From an uncultured bacterium (GTDB lineage: Bacteria; Auribacterota; Erginobacteria; Erginobacterales; Erginobacteraceae): a stretch of DNA of 64,000 nucleotides. The DNA lies in contig CAWGIE010000047.1 in assembly GCA_963822585.1 (NCBI GenBank), forward strand, positions 64,001-128,000. The letters run 5' to 3'. This document shows positions 63,901-64,000 of this stretch, piece by piece (the first letter of the stretch is position 1; each line of letters opens with the position of its first letter). A program made the position numbers and the translations under genes. The notes below the pieces were generated by a model. That model was not told the origin of the DNA. It did not search any database and saw only the letters and a list, made by a program, of their open reading frames with translations.

Positions 63901-64000
63901 ACCGGGGATACCGGCGGGGGGGTAGTCTACGGTCTTGCCTGGGACGCCAGCGGTACCCTGTACGCCGGATGCGAAAACGGCCACGTCTATTCCAGGACAG
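60985..64000 (+). CDS. Secreted beta-propeller protein with at least 24 tandem 40-aa repeats; runs off the window end and is absent from the ORF track
   Basis: AGGAG RBS, GTG 60985 (ATG 60976 in frame), signal peptide ...LILPPGPASAA, then VWSLAWDGTDTLYAGCxNGHVYxxxGGGSWxDTGDTGGG at 120-bp period; no stop seen to 64000. Confidence 0.88.
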   Translation, partial: MRKNKAYLSTGSAHIEKARWVIGLVTAIFGALLLTLILPPGPASAAPLNWSDTEPISSSPIWSLAWDGNDTLYAGCNNGHVYQNVSGGGWIDTGDTGGGVVWSLAWDGNDTLYAGCNNGHVYQNVSGGGWIDTGDTGGGTVWGLARDGTDTLYAGCDNGHVYSRTGGGGWIDTGDTGGGAVYGLAWDGNDTLYAGSNNGHVYQNVSGGGWNDTGDTGGGTVNSLAWDGIGCLYAGCDNGHVYSRTGGGVWSDTGDTGWGAVTILAWDGTDTLYAGSNNGHVYQNVSGGGWCDIGDTGGWEVQNLAWNGTDTLYAGCNNGQVYQHLSGGGWSDTGDTGGGTAKSLAWDGTDTQYAGCGNGHVYSRTGGGSWNDTGDTGGGAVESLAWDGTDTLYAGCTNGRVYQNVSGGGWVDTGDTGGGTVWGLAWDGTDTLYAGCGNGHVYSRTGGGSWSDIGDTGGGVVWSLAWDGTDTLYAGGGNGHVYSRTGGGSWSDTGDAGGGDVLSLAWDGTDTLYAGCQYGHIYSRTGGGAWSDTGDTGGGVVWSLIWGDNGTLYAGCDNGHVYQNVSGGGSWSDTGDTGGGVVWSLAWDAAHTLYAGCDNGHVYQDVWGAWIDTGDNGGGKVQSLAWDATGTLYAGCENGHVYSRTGGGSWSDTGDTGGGTVWSLAWDGTDTLYAGCDNGHVYSRTVGGSWSDIGDTGGGKVHSLAWDDAYDTLYAGCENGHVYYRTGGGGWSDIGDTGGGTVWSLAWNGTDTLYAGCENGHVYHEVWGPWVDTGDTGGGKVHSLAWDASGTLYAGCANGHVYSRTGGGSWSDAGDTGGGVVWSLAGDGTDTLYAGCDSGHVYSMTGGGSWSDTGDTGGEEVLSLAWGDNGTLYAGCDNGHVYQNVSGGSWSDTGDTGGGEVWSLAWDGTDTLYAGCWDGYVYSGTGVGSWVDNGDSGGGVVYGLAWDASGTLYAGCDNGHVYSRTGLGNWVDTGDTGGGVVYGLAWDASGTLYAGCENGHVYSRT

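Noticed and set aside
61135..63984. 949-aa minus-strand ORF
   Set aside because: Antisense shadow of the + strand repeat gene, which has an RBS, signal peptide and propeller-like repeats.

Overview
Bacterial chromosomal window, mostly GC-rich with AT-richer acquired patches. The left third (1-22.5 kb) carries ordinary genes (CvpA-like, PAS histidine kinase plus receiver protein, ilvB, recQ, typA, PfpI, SpoIIE-type phosphatase, MFS) and one complete IS481-family element. Nearly every intergenic space is a mosaic of dispersed short repeats: a 13-copy same-strand element of CTACA boxes with shuffled hairpins, about 26 GTAG-type REP palindromes, 7-10 bp microsatellites and CCCTCTCCC hairpins. The 22.5-34.6 kb stretch is a co-oriented run of small genes and gene remnants separated by those repeats (three wHTH-MNT/HEPN pairs, ORF6N pseudogenes). 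The 34.6-49.5 kb stretch is a defence-like operon: 1720-aa DEAD/DUF1998/DUF559-type helicase-nuclease, SNF2-type helicase, N6-MTase, HNH nuclease, MazG-like, EVE-nuclease and a truncated MTase. It resembles DISARM class I but does not match it, and it lies between two inverted ~105-bp elements that each clip a gene. Then come an AbiE-type pair, small genes and two large secreted repeat proteins; the last is missing from the ORF track because it runs off the window. All family calls come from motifs read by eye, not from database searches.
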